Source of the DNA: Bacteroidales bacterium
GTDB taxonomy: Bacteria; Bacteroidota; Bacteroidia; Bacteroidales; VadinHA17
Direction: 5' to 3'
Assembly (NCBI GenBank): GCA_034005245.1
Contig: JAVEVC010000003.1
Coordinates: 33,371 to 97,370 of the forward strand
Length of the DNA stretch: 64,000 bases
Under the pieces are notes generated by a model. That model was not told the origin of the DNA. It made no database searches and saw only the letters and a program-made list of their open reading frames with translations. Positions 37,950-47,534 of this stretch are shown one piece after another; within the stretch, counting starts at the first letter, position 1; the number at the start of each line of letters is the position of its first letter. Both the position numbers and the translations under genes were made by a program.

Positions 37950-39104
37950 TTAACCTCTGCCGTTTTTCATCATTATCCTGATGCACGTCCCCTTTCCTAT
38001 TTCTGATGATTTCACGAAGATCTTCCCATGGTGATACTCTTCAATAATGCGTTTTGCCAGAGAAAGGCCAAGGCCCCATCCTCTCTCCTTTGTGGAAAAC
38101 CCCGGGTAAAAAATCTTTTTGTAAGCTGATTTCGGTATGCCTTTTCCCGTGTCGGCTATATCGATTATTGCATATCTGTCTGCTTCAGAAGCATGAATTG
38201 TTATTTCTCCGTTACCTTCCATTGCATCGATGGCATTTTTGCACACATTTTCAATTACCCACTCAAAAAGAGCAGGATTGACAGGAGCAATTAATTCTTC
38301 ATCGGGAGAGTAGGCCGGCACGAACAGTACCTTTGATGAAGACCTCGATTTAAGGTAATCAATGGAATTCTGTATGAGGGTTATAATATTCTCTTTTGTA
38401 AGCGAAGGTTTTGCTCCTATCTTTGAAAACCTTTCAGTCACTTTTTCGAGCCTTTTGATGTCCAGGGCAAGCTCTTTTGTCGGAATCTCAGGATACCTGT
38501 TCTGAATAATCTCAATCCAGCCGGCAAGAGATGTTGTTGGTGTCCCAAGCTGGTGAGCGGTCTCCTTTGACATTCCCACCCAGACCCTGTCCTGCTCTGC
38601 CCTTCTGGAAGTACTTAATGCTACGTACGAGACTATTATGAACATCACAATCAATCCCAGCTGGACATAGGGATACAATATCAATTGTTTTAATATCAGG
38701 CTGTCCTTGTAGTAGATCCGGTTTACAAATCCGTTGCCCAGTTCAATGGTGATCGGGTCGTTTGCATTTTTGATCCTTTCGAGGTTGATTTTCATGAACC
38801 CGGGTTCATTCATCCTGTCTCCGTCAAAATTCCTGGCAGCAAGAATATTGTCGTTGCCGTCAGTTAAAATGACTGGGACCGTATTGTTGTTCTCAATGAT
38901 CGAAAGGAGGAATTCAATATTCTGCGTTGAGTCAGCAGTGTTAATAAGGCGTGTTGCTTCCGCCCACATTTCAACTTTTTTCCTTTCCTCAGCCTTAAGG
39001 TTTCTGACAAGGCTTTGAGTGTAGAAAAGAGAGGCTATTCCAATCAGTATTGCGAAAAGGAAAAGGAATATTCTCCACTGACTTCTGTTTCGATAGATAT
39101 TCAC
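37950..39104 (-). CDS. Sensor histidine kinase (two TM segments, no adjacent response regulator)
   Basis: H-box ETAHQLGTPTTSL, N-box CKNAIDAM, G1 DTGKGI, G2 GWGLGLSLAKRI. Confidence 0.8.
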   Translation of the reverse strand: MNIYRNRSQWRIFLFLFAILIGIASLFYTQSLVRNLKAEERKKVEMWAEATRLINTADSTQNIEFLLSIIENNNTVPVILTDGNDNILAARNFDGDRMNEPGFMKINLERIKNANDPITIELGNGFVNRIYYKDSLILKQLILYPYVQLGLIVMFIIVSYVALSTSRRAEQDRVWVGMSKETAHQLGTPTTSLAGWIEIIQNRYPEIPTKELALDIKRLEKVTERFSKIGAKPSLTKENIITLIQNSIDYLKSRSSSKVLFVPAYSPDEELIAPVNPALFEWVIENVCKNAIDAMEGNGEITIHASEADRYAIIDIADTGKGIPKSAYKKIFYPGFSTKERGWGLGLSLAKRIIEEYHHGKIFVKSSEIGKGTCIRIMMKNGRG

Positions 39105-39134
39105 AGTATTTTTTATTTAACAGAACGTGAAAAA

Positions 39135-41735
39135 TTATAATTTCTTTTTGAAAATATTTTTTATTCCACTTTCTTTTTTAACATCTTCAGATTCTGAATA
39201 AGTATTTATTGTATCAGATCCTTCCCATTTAATCCTGAATCTTGGTTTGGATGCAGGCTTGCTGTCTGATGAATATGTGCTTTTATACCTGTATTCCTCA
39301 TCCAGCATCTTACCGAGATTTTCCCTCTCCTTTTTAATGTCACTTTTGATCTGGTTTCCTGCAGCCTTAAGATCATAGGTTACTTTTGATTCTTTTCCTG
39401 TCCCTTCAATCTTGAGGAAAACCGACGTACGTCCGAGTCCGTCATCTTCCACTTCCCCGAATTCTGATCTGAGGGCCTTATTCTTACCTGCTTTTTTTGA
39501 AAGGATTTCCGAAAGGAGCATTTTAACATGGTATTCATAAAAATTGTTGAAATCATGTTTTCCGTTTACTGAAAGGTCCGCTGCTGACGACCTGACGTCC
39601 ATCTGAGGCATGTAAAGAGCATTACTCCTTATGAAAAAGTCATTTTCAAGCTCGTCAAAACTGATATTCTGCAGTTCCGATAACTGGATGAACGCAGACA
39701 GCTTTTTCACAGGCTCAAAATTTATAAGAGCTCCTTTCTCAATAAGATATTTCCCTTCAGCAACAAGCCCCTTTTTGTTACCCCTGAAAAGAGAATCAAG
39801 AGGCAGCAAAACTGATACGGACCCTGAAAGAGATCCGGCAATATTTTCAGCTTTGATAAAATTCTGGCTGAAATTGTTAAAGGTGCTGAATGTTGAGTTT
39901 ATATTGATGTTATCTAAAGTAAAACTTCCTTTCGCGATCAAAGACTTATCCATGTTCTGTAATAATAAACCAGAACCTGATATAATACCATCCTGAGAAT
40001 TGAATGACAATGATTTAAAGTTGAGAACCGAAGGCACATAATGGATTTTCCCGTTAATTTCGGCTGCGGTAAATTTTTTATAGTGAAGCGTATCAAAGCT
40101 GAAATCGATATCAAGGTTCAAACCGCCCGGAAAAACCGGAGATCTACTTCCTTCACTTACTTCCCGTTGCTTATTTATGAGCCTTTCAGGTTCCATCGAA
40201 TGGGCTGAAATTTCCCCCGATCCATATAATACTGGCTCATTCCCTGCCAGCCAGAGAGGGAGATTCTTAAATTGACCTGAAAATATAATAGGCAGACTAT
40301 TAATATTAAATGTTAGATTATCTACAGTAGTGATATCAGTTACGAATACATTTCCATTTATATTTTCGAATTCAAGGTTCCTGTCGGTAAGATCAAAACC
40401 CAACGAACTGAGGCTTATTCTGGAATCCTGGTTAAGCGAAAGAATATCGCTGAGTTTGTATCCCGATTTTTTTGGCATGTTTCCGGAGAGCCTGATATCA
40501 AGCCCGACGGTTCCTTTAACCGATTTGACATGCGGGAGATTAAGGAAATCATACATTTCTGCTGCATTCACAGTGCCATTAAAGGATAATTCTGCAGAAG
40601 GATAGGAGAAATCATGCAATTTAAAATGGCCCTTGTATTTTCCTGATCCCATGGAAGCGGTAAAATTCCGGATCTCTATACTGCTTGTTGAACTCTTGTT
40701 TTCATGCCCGTTTGTATAGGAACCGCTAAAAGATAAATTCTCTATGCCTGTTTTTGACATTGCATGTGACACCCTTGCGCTGCCTACGGAAAATGCTATT
40801 TCGACATGCGGATTACTGGATGCAGTTGAGAATCCTTTTACAGAACCTTCAATCTTAAGAACCCCGCTGGGATGATATTCTGATATCCTGGCTTTGTATT
40901 TATCTGGCAAATAATCGGATATCCTGGCTATATTGATATTATTCCCTCCAATCGAAATATCAAGATCATTGCCTTCGAATATCGATCCAGTCATCAATAC
41001 CTCCCAGTCATCCACGGAAAGCCTGGTTTTTCTGAAGTGAAATCCATATTCATTTCTGTGCATCTCAATGTCAAGCTCCGAAGGTATATGATTTCTTACT
41101 ATGAAATTCTTCAATCTGAACTGATCGAAGGTAATTTTTGAATCTGCGGTCAGGAGGAGGCTTTTTGCGGCAATATTGCCTTTCAGGCGTGCATCGTCGA
41201 TAAAACCGCTTATATTAAGGTCAGATTTCTGATCTGAATAAATGAATCTGATGTTACTCAGGTTTATCCTTCGCAGATCAAGATTCAGCGGATCATATGA
41301 TTCTTTGTCTTTTGTGCTTATTGTGAAATTATTCATTCCCGAACTGTCGGCAAACAGGTTCAGCCTGCCCGATCTTATTGTTATGCGCGCAATTGAATAA
41401 TCTTTTCTTATCAGGTTTATGAGCCCGATTTCCACTGATGCAGATCTTGCTGAAAGCAGGGTATCGGTGTTGATCCCGGGGAAATCAGATGCAATAAAAC
41501 CAGGGGATGAATGTACAATCACATTTTTAAGCTCAACGGAGGCATTCGGGAATTGCCGCAGGAGAGAAAACCTTAAAGATCCTGTGGTAATTTTTGTCGC
41601 CAGGTTGCTGTTAAGGGTTTTGATTACGGTATCAGCAACCTTGTTGTGCAGAAGCAATGAGACAGAGAAAAGTATGATGATTATTGAAATGATAACCAGC
41701 AGAGCTATCTTCAGGAACTTTTGAAACCGACTCAT
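39135..41735 (-). CDS. AsmA-family-like large membrane-anchored protein
   Basis: Single N-terminal TM (IALLVIISIIIILFSV) followed by about 830 aa of repetitive beta-rich sequence. The track GTG start (41759) lies too close to the -7 box at 41767-41774, so ATG 41735 is preferred. Family call is by overall architecture only. Confidence 0.5.
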   Translation of the reverse strand: MSRFQKFLKIALLVIISIIIILFSVSLLLHNKVADTVIKTLNSNLATKITTGSLRFSLLRQFPNASVELKNVIVHSSPGFIASDFPGINTDTLLSARSASVEIGLINLIRKDYSIARITIRSGRLNLFADSSGMNNFTISTKDKESYDPLNLDLRRINLSNIRFIYSDQKSDLNISGFIDDARLKGNIAAKSLLLTADSKITFDQFRLKNFIVRNHIPSELDIEMHRNEYGFHFRKTRLSVDDWEVLMTGSIFEGNDLDISIGGNNINIARISDYLPDKYKARISEYHPSGVLKIEGSVKGFSTASSNPHVEIAFSVGSARVSHAMSKTGIENLSFSGSYTNGHENKSSTSSIEIRNFTASMGSGKYKGHFKLHDFSYPSAELSFNGTVNAAEMYDFLNLPHVKSVKGTVGLDIRLSGNMPKKSGYKLSDILSLNQDSRISLSSLGFDLTDRNLEFENINGNVFVTDITTVDNLTFNINSLPIIFSGQFKNLPLWLAGNEPVLYGSGEISAHSMEPERLINKQREVSEGSRSPVFPGGLNLDIDFSFDTLHYKKFTAAEINGKIHYVPSVLNFKSLSFNSQDGIISGSGLLLQNMDKSLIAKGSFTLDNININSTFSTFNNFSQNFIKAENIAGSLSGSVSVLLPLDSLFRGNKKGLVAEGKYLIEKGALINFEPVKKLSAFIQLSELQNISFDELENDFFIRSNALYMPQMDVRSSAADLSVNGKHDFNNFYEYHVKMLLSEILSKKAGKNKALRSEFGEVEDDGLGRTSVFLKIEGTGKESKVTYDLKAAGNQIKSDIKKERENLGKMLDEEYRYKSTYSSDSKPASKPRFRIKWEGSDTINTYSESEDVKKESGIKNIFKKKL

Positions 41736-41766
41736 ATTCTTCTTCTTCAGCTCACCCACAGGCTGG

Positions 41767-41774
41767 CAAAATTA
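41767..41774 (-). promoter_or_regulatory. -7 promoter box (TAATTTTG on the minus strand) for the AsmA-like gene
   Basis: Plus strand reads caaaatta, 32 nt upstream of ATG 41735. Confidence 0.4.
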
Positions 41775-41799
41775 ATTCTTTTGTCCGGAATTATTATAT

Positions 41800-42513
41800 C
41801 TAGGACATCAGGAAAGAAAAATCATCATCTTCTCCAAGCTCAAGGAACTGATGGCCTTTTCTGAAAATCCTGGCTTTGGCTGGTCCGGAAAGCATGATTC
41901 TGCCTTTTTCAATCCTGAGCATTGTTCCTTCCCTCAGGCCGATTATCCATAATCCGGGATTAAGCTCAATGAATTCCATAATTCTCTGCTCCCTTGTTTC
42001 ACCTGCGTGTCCGGCAGGGTTTGCATCAATGTAATGAGGATTGATCTGGAAGGGTACCAGGTTAAAGGCACTCATGGAACCCGGATCACATACGGGCATA
42101 TCATTCGTTGTCCTTATTGAAGGGCATGCTACATTTGCTCCCGCACTCCATCCTATGTACGGTGTCCCTTCCAGTACCTTTTCTCTCACTGCATCGATCA
42201 GGTTGTTTGCGAATATCTGTTTTAACAGCTGCCATGTGTTTCCTCCTCCAACAACAATTGCTGAGGCATTTCTGACAGCTTCCACGGGATCTGAAAACCT
42301 GTGTATCGAAATAACATCATGCCCTAGTTCCCTGAATCGTTCCGATACCTTCTTTTCATATTCCTCATAGGAAAACGTTACCGCTGCATATGGAAAGAAC
42401 AGGGCCTTCAGGGGCTTTGATCCGAGGAAATTACGGATTGCTTCACCGGGATGTTCAAGGTAGCGTTCACCCAGGTTTGTCGAATTGCTTATTAGTAGTA
42501 GTTTCATTGCCAT
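41800..42513 (-). CDS. pepE: Dipeptidase E (peptidase S51)
   Basis: MKLLLISNST..., VGGGNT and the nucleophile region GWSAGAN, typical of S51 PepE. Likely start at Met3 (42507). Confidence 0.75.
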   Translation of the reverse strand: MAMKLLLISNSTNLGERYLEHPGEAIRNFLGSKPLKALFFPYAAVTFSYEEYEKKVSERFRELGHDVISIHRFSDPVEAVRNASAIVVGGGNTWQLLKQIFANNLIDAVREKVLEGTPYIGWSAGANVACPSIRTTNDMPVCDPGSMSAFNLVPFQINPHYIDANPAGHAGETREQRIMEFIELNPGLWIIGLREGTMLRIEKGRIMLSGPAKARIFRKGHQFLELGEDDDFSFLMS

Positions 42514-42747
42514 TTTCCATTGTTAATAATTTAACAGCATGTTCTTCTCATTATTGTCTCCGTCAGTCCAGAAATAGTAACTAAGGCAAAGACATACCAG
42601 TCTTGCCGCACGGAACAAGAATTATCAGCTGACATTATTCAGCAAACTGCAGAACAGAGGCAAATATACGGGAATTATCAGAAGCAGGCCTCCAAGGCTT
42701 GCCATACCTTATTAAATATTCGCTTATGAAAATGCCGGATAACAGCA

Positions 42748-44361
42748 TTACTTGAACTGATATACCCTTATCCAGTCAATTTCCATGGTTGTAAAGCTGT
42801 TAATCGGTTTGTCAAGTCCTCCTGACAGGATAACATACATTGGTTCACTGGGGATGTCGGACGATTGCCTGCAAAGTTCTACCTCGTTTATTTTCCAGAT
42901 CAGAAGATCTTTTGTCCACTCAAGGGTGTAAATGAAAAAATCATTGGCGTAACGCTGTCCCAACGATGTTCTTGCCGCACTGCCTTGTTTTGGGAAGTAC
43001 TCAGCCCAGACCTTCCCTCCGGATGTCCTGCAGATATCAATTTGCGGGGTGATTTTATCGGCAAGCATCCAGAATGCATTCTTCGCTTCGGGATTGCCGA
43101 GTTTTATTTTTGCAGTGAATATTCCGTATTTCTGCCTGAAACTGATGCCCGAATTTATGATACCTGATGTGTAACTGAATTCATGAGGTTCAAAGCCGTG
43201 TGCTTCAGACCATACCTTGCCTGTAATCTTCCGGGGTCGTGTAACAATTTTCAGAAGACTGTTATGCATTTCGAAGTTTTCACTTTCAGTGTATGCCTGA
43301 AGGTCGCCCTTAACCGTGTACCTGTCTTTAAGCAGCCTTTCTCCCCAGTAATAGTTTGTGATCCATTTTCCGGCATCTATCCTGTCCCCGTCAAATTCAT
43401 CCGAAAATGTAAGTTCCCTGCTTTTGAGGATATTGAATTTGTCTGAATCCTTAACCTTAAAATACCAGATGATATCCTCATTCTTCTTCAGCTTTTCATA
43501 TTCGGTAATATCACGGAACATATCAGTTTTTTCAAACCTTTTGGCGTCAAGAAGATACTCTTTCCTTTCCCTGAACTTAGGAGTGGAAATATACTCCTTA
43601 AGCTCATTATATCTAGCCAGGCGGGATGAACCGTCGATGCTGAGGAAATTGGCGTATTCCTTTGACGACTTGAATTTATAGTAGTCCGCAATGTCAGGGC
43701 TGTTCTTAAGGCGATTATATTCAAGGAGCTTTTTGTATTCCTCGGTGTCCTTGAATGTTATGGGTTTCATGTTTTTCTTTGCCAGAAACTCCGGGGATTT
43801 GATGTATGAGGATAATTCTTCAAACTTCAGGACAGTCTTTGATTTAGCGGGCTCTCCCTTTGCAGCAGCTTTATAATATGCTTTTATTTCAGGGTCTTTT
43901 TTCAGGGATTTATAGTCGAGGTATTTTCTGTATTCGTCAGAATCCTTGAAAGTGATAGGCTTCATCTTCTGCTTCTGCCTGAAAAGGTTAGATTTGATGA
44001 AATTCTCGAGCGATTCAAAATCCCTGATTTTATCTGAACCATCGAGATCCCGGAACCTTTTTATCATGCTTCCGGCCGCTGTTTTGAAATAAAGCACGAT
44101 GTCCCTGGCCTTCTGTAGTGAAAAGAATTCCTTTTCTTTCAAATATTCTTCAGAATCCTTGTATTTAAGAGATTCTATTTCTTTTCTTTTCTGAATGAAA
44201 GCGGTGGAATTAACCAGATCGCTGAGCCGGTTATATTTTGCAAGAGTTTCAGATTCTGAGAACGATGCAAGCTTTTCAAACTCTTTCAACAGGGCGTTTT
44301 CAGCCTGCTCAATTTTTGAAGTTGAGGGAATTAAGCCCAATAAAAACCTCAGACCAGCCAT
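42748..44361 (-). CDS. Repeat protein with a C-terminal GH16-like (concanavalin-fold) domain lacking the catalytic glutamates
   Basis: 537 aa with no obvious signal peptide. Residues ~40-303 hold four ~50-aa repeats. Residues ~316-537 start FSDEFDGDRIDAGKW and contain AFWMLAD...QIDICR where GH16 enzymes have ExDxxE. Confidence 0.7.
   Translation of the reverse strand: MAGLRFLLGLIPSTSKIEQAENALLKEFEKLASFSESETLAKYNRLSDLVNSTAFIQKRKEIESLKYKDSEEYLKEKEFFSLQKARDIVLYFKTAAGSMIKRFRDLDGSDKIRDFESLENFIKSNLFRQKQKMKPITFKDSDEYRKYLDYKSLKKDPEIKAYYKAAAKGEPAKSKTVLKFEELSSYIKSPEFLAKKNMKPITFKDTEEYKKLLEYNRLKNSPDIADYYKFKSSKEYANFLSIDGSSRLARYNELKEYISTPKFRERKEYLLDAKRFEKTDMFRDITEYEKLKKNEDIIWYFKVKDSDKFNILKSRELTFSDEFDGDRIDAGKWITNYYWGERLLKDRYTVKGDLQAYTESENFEMHNSLLKIVTRPRKITGKVWSEAHGFEPHEFSYTSGIINSGISFRQKYGIFTAKIKLGNPEAKNAFWMLADKITPQIDICRTSGGKVWAEYFPKQGSAARTSLGQRYANDFFIYTLEWTKDLLIWKINEVELCRQSSDIPSEPMYVILSGGLDKPINSFTTMEIDWIRVYQFK
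43453..44244 (-). repeat. Four intragenic tandem ~50-residue repeats (protein level)
   Basis: Repeat 2, FRQKQKMKPITFKDSDEYRKYLDYKSLKKDPEIKAYYK, aligns with repeat 3, FLAKKNMKPITFKDTEEYKKLLEYNRLKNSPDIADYYKF. Two more divergent copies (residues 40-93 and 248-302) share the F..K...(FKD)..EY.K..EY..LK...DI..YFK skeleton. Confidence 0.7.
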
Positions 44362-44563
44362 TGTTAATACGTTTTAATAAGATAAAAATAAATAATCTTT
44401 CCTGAATAAACGGAGAGACCAGCTTAATTATTTGATTACAGGAAATATTGGCCCGCGTTTTAATAAAATATTTCTGCTGGGTAATGACACTTTAGTGTAT
44501 ATAACATGTCAGGTTTCAGAATATTTTAAAAATTAAGCGTTTTTTAAAAAAATTCTTTAAAAG

Positions 44564-44595
44564 TTTGCAAATATTAAAATTTGTATTTATTTTTG
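44564..44595 (+). promoter_or_regulatory. Bacteroidota-type promoter for the tetR operon: -33 TTTG (44564-44567) and -7 TATTTTTG (44588-44595)
   Basis: Both elements are present, separated by 20 nt, which fits the usual 19-21 nt spacing. Confidence 0.55.
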
Positions 44596-44597
44596 AC

Positions 44598-44621
44598 TAA
44601 CCGTTCATTCATAAACGGTTA
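44598..44621. promoter_or_regulatory. Candidate TetR operator: perfect 8-bp inverted repeat TAACCGTT-N8-AACGGTTA
   Basis: The palindrome starts 2 nt after the -7 box and ends 4 nt before the first possible tetR start codon. Confidence 0.55.
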
Positions 44622-44625
44622 ATTT

Positions 44626-45306
44626 TTGAAGGTTTTAATGAATGGCCGTTCAGTCAAAAGCAGTATGTCACCAAGGACACCACAACAATTCAGGGAAATA
44701 AGGGAAGGAAAGAAAACCCTTATAATGGATGTTGCACTTCAGCAATTTGCAGGAGAGGGTTATTTTAAGACTACCATTGATCATATTGCCAGGCATGCCG
44801 GAATATCAAAAGGATTGATGTACAACTATTTTGAAAGCAAGGAATCACTGCTTTCCGCAATAATACAAAGGTCAGTAAAGGAAATAGATGCCTATATGGA
44901 TATCAACAAGGACGGATTTCTTTCTGAAGAGGAATTTGAATTTTTTGTTAGGAGAATAGCGCAGGTGCTGAAAGAAAAGCAAACGTCATGGCAATTGCTG
45001 TTTCAGCTTCTGATGCAGAAAGAGGTGCGGGAACAATTCCTGCGGCCGCTTCTGGGTTCCTCCTCACTTTTAAGAATTGCCTCTGAACACCGGGAGGGGC
45101 TGTTACTGTCAGGAATAATGAAAACCATCACCGATTATTTCCAGAGAAAGAAAGACCTTAAAGGTCCCTCCTATGATCCTTTTCTTGAGCTTAACATGTT
45201 TCTGGTCTCAATAAAAGGCTTTGCCCTTACTTATATTTACATGGAAAAGGAAGATGAAGAGTACTTCGAAAAGACAACAAACAGGATTATAGAGATATAC
45301 AAGTGA
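44626..45306 (+). CDS. TetR/AcrR family transcriptional regulator
   Basis: N-terminal HTH region FAGEGYFKTTIDHIARHAGISKGLMYNYFESKESLL. TTG start in the track; ATG alternatives at 44638 and 44665. Confidence 0.85.
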   Translation: MKVLMNGRSVKSSMSPRTPQQFREIREGKKTLIMDVALQQFAGEGYFKTTIDHIARHAGISKGLMYNYFESKESLLSAIIQRSVKEIDAYMDINKDGFLSEEEFEFFVRRIAQVLKEKQTSWQLLFQLLMQKEVREQFLRPLLGSSSLLRIASEHREGLLLSGIMKTITDYFQRKKDLKGPSYDPFLELNMFLVSIKGFALTYIYMEKEDEEYFEKTTNRIIEIYK

Positions 45307-46079
45307 ACAACAAGATGAAAACCATATTTATTGCAGTCCTTTTTCTGATGGTTTTTCCCCTGAGCGCTGCCGTTGTTTCCGGCCAGCCGCTGACCGCAAC
45401 TGAAATTGTAAGGAAGGCCGATGAAAAGTTCAATGGTGAAAAAAGCAGTTACAGCGTGATGGCGATGAAAATAATCAGGCCTTCATGGCAGAGGACAATT
45501 GAGTTCAAAAACTGGACTCTTGGAGATGATTATGCTCTGACTCTTATCACATCGCCGGCAAAGGAAGCCGGGCAGTCTTTTCTGAAGAGAGAGTCTGAAA
45601 TGTGGAGCTGGAATCCATCTATAAACAGGCTGATAAAACTGCCATCCTCAATGATGTCGCAGGGATGGATGGGTTCAGATTATACAAATGATGACATACT
45701 GAGGGAGTCGTCAGTGGTTACTGATTATATCCATGAAATTGCAGGAGAAGAAAAAATTGACGGGCGCTTATGTTATAAGATAAAAATGACGGCCAGGGAT
45801 GATGCCTCTGTAATATGGGGAAAACAGATACGGTGGATTGACAAGAATGAATTCCTTGTACTGAAAGCGGAATTGTATGACGAAGATGGTTACCTGGTCA
45901 GGACGGAAACCGGTTCAGAAATAAGGATTATGGACGGCAGAACAATCACTTCCAAAATTGAGCTGGTACCGGAAGATGAACCTGAAAATAGAACTATCGT
46001 TGAGATCAGGGAAATAAAATTCAACATAACTGTTGAGGAAGGTTACTTTTCCCAGCAGAACATGAAAAGAGTACGTTGA
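45303..46079 (+). CDS. LolA-like outer-membrane lipoprotein-sorting family protein (periplasmic)
   Basis: Signal peptide MKTIFIAVLFLMVFPLSAAVVSG. SFLKRESEMWSWNPSINRLIKLP...WMGSDYTNDDI resembles the LolA_like family. The GTG at 45303 overlaps the tetR stop by 4 nt; an ATG alternative is at 45315. Confidence 0.65.
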   Translation: MNNKMKTIFIAVLFLMVFPLSAAVVSGQPLTATEIVRKADEKFNGEKSSYSVMAMKIIRPSWQRTIEFKNWTLGDDYALTLITSPAKEAGQSFLKRESEMWSWNPSINRLIKLPSSMMSQGWMGSDYTNDDILRESSVVTDYIHEIAGEEKIDGRLCYKIKMTARDDASVIWGKQIRWIDKNEFLVLKAELYDEDGYLVRTETGSEIRIMDGRTITSKIELVPEDEPENRTIVEIREIKFNITVEEGYFSQQNMKRVR

Positions 46080-46098
46080 TTCAACCAAGTCAGGGAAT

Positions 46099-47520
46099 AT
46101 GAAAGAGGAATTCAGAATAGCATGGAGAAACCTCTGGAGAAACAGGCGCCGTACTGTAATTACTGCCGCGTCTGTATTCTTTGCAGTCTTTTTTGCCGTT
46201 ATCATGAGATCAATCCAGCTGGGATCCTATGATCACATGATAAATAATTTTATAGAATCGTTCACGGGCTGCCTTCAGGTACAGCATGTGAAATATCAGG
46301 ACTCCCCGTTGATTGATAACTCTTTTGATTACAATGATTCTGTTGTTTCAGCAATTGAAAGGATTAACAGGGTAGTTTCGGTCACCCCGCACCTGGAGTC
46401 TTTCACACTGGCTTCAAATGGAACACAAACGAAGGGAGTGGCAGTAATTGCAGTTGATCCATCAAAAGAGAAAAGCTTCTCGGATCCTGAGGCTAAACTG
46501 GTGAAATACAGGATCACCAATGCGACACTTGCCAGCCTGCAGACATCATCAACCATCCCTGATGAAGTGTTTGATAAGGTCAGAATGTGTGTTGGCCGCT
46601 CATATTCATCATCAGCAAGAGTTGAACTTGAACTCGGCCTTTCAGATAGTGAAAAGGTTCTCTTCCTGCCAGAAATACTCCAATATTCCAAGTTTCCAAA
46701 TGGATATCTCACAAGTGATGACACCGGAATTGTTGTGGCCGACAAGCTTGCCGGTTTTCTCAAAGTCGGGATAGGAGATTCAGTGATATTAATGGGGCAG
46801 GGTTATCACGGGATATCTGCAACAGGTATCTTTCCTGTCCGGGGTATTATTAAAATGCCATCCCCCGAATTTGACAACAAACTTATCATAATGACAATAC
46901 CTGCAGCTCAAAAGCTCTTTGATGCTGAAGGTAAAATAACCTCGCTTGTTGTTAACCTTACCGATAAATCAAACAAAACAATAAGAAAAGCAAAGGGAGA
47001 GATTAATTTACTGCTGACTGATGAAAACACCACAGCCAAAACATGGTATGAACTAAATCCGGTTTTATACCAGCAGATACAGGGTGACAGCCAGAGCGGG
47101 CAGCTTATGCTGGGCATCCTTTACTTTATTATTTTATTTGGCATATTCGGGACCGTCCTGATGATGGTATCTGAAAGAAAAAAAGAATTCGGTGTTCTGG
47201 TGGCTATCGGAATGCAGAAAAAAAAGCTGAAAAGGATTGTAATGATGGAGATGCTTATGCTTGGGGTGATTGGCCTGGCAGGAGGATTACTGGCCAGCCT
47301 GCCTCTGATCCTGTATTATTACCATAATCCTTACGTGCTGAAAGGGGAACTTGGCCAGATGATGGAAGACTGGGGCTGGGATGCCATCATGCCAACTGCA
47401 ATGATAGGACCTTATTTCTACTGGCAGGCGCTTATTGTTGCGCTTATGGTAATCCTGGCAGCAATTTATCCTTTGCGGAAAATTGGCAGTTTAAAGGAAA
47501 TAGATGCTCTCAAAGGTTAA
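46099..47520 (+). CDS. ABC transporter permease, FtsX/MacB/LolC-type (paralog 1)
   Basis: 473 aa. One TM (ITAASVFFAVFFAVIM), then a periplasmic domain of about 270 aa, then three C-terminal TMs: the type VII ABC topology. Confidence 0.8.
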   Translation: MKEEFRIAWRNLWRNRRRTVITAASVFFAVFFAVIMRSIQLGSYDHMINNFIESFTGCLQVQHVKYQDSPLIDNSFDYNDSVVSAIERINRVVSVTPHLESFTLASNGTQTKGVAVIAVDPSKEKSFSDPEAKLVKYRITNATLASLQTSSTIPDEVFDKVRMCVGRSYSSSARVELELGLSDSEKVLFLPEILQYSKFPNGYLTSDDTGIVVADKLAGFLKVGIGDSVILMGQGYHGISATGIFPVRGIIKMPSPEFDNKLIIMTIPAAQKLFDAEGKITSLVVNLTDKSNKTIRKAKGEINLLLTDENTTAKTWYELNPVLYQQIQGDSQSGQLMLGILYFIILFGIFGTVLMMVSERKKEFGVLVAIGMQKKKLKRIVMMEMLMLGVIGLAGGLLASLPLILYYYHNPYVLKGELGQMMEDWGWDAIMPTAMIGPYFYWQALIVALMVILAAIYPLRKIGSLKEIDALKG

Positions 47521-47534
47521 TAGAAGAAACAGCT

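Noticed and set aside
46329-46763. 144-aa minus-strand ORF inside the first FtsX-type permease gene
   Set aside because: It is antisense to a coding frame with a clear topology and a paralogue. It is Ser/Thr-rich mirror sequence.
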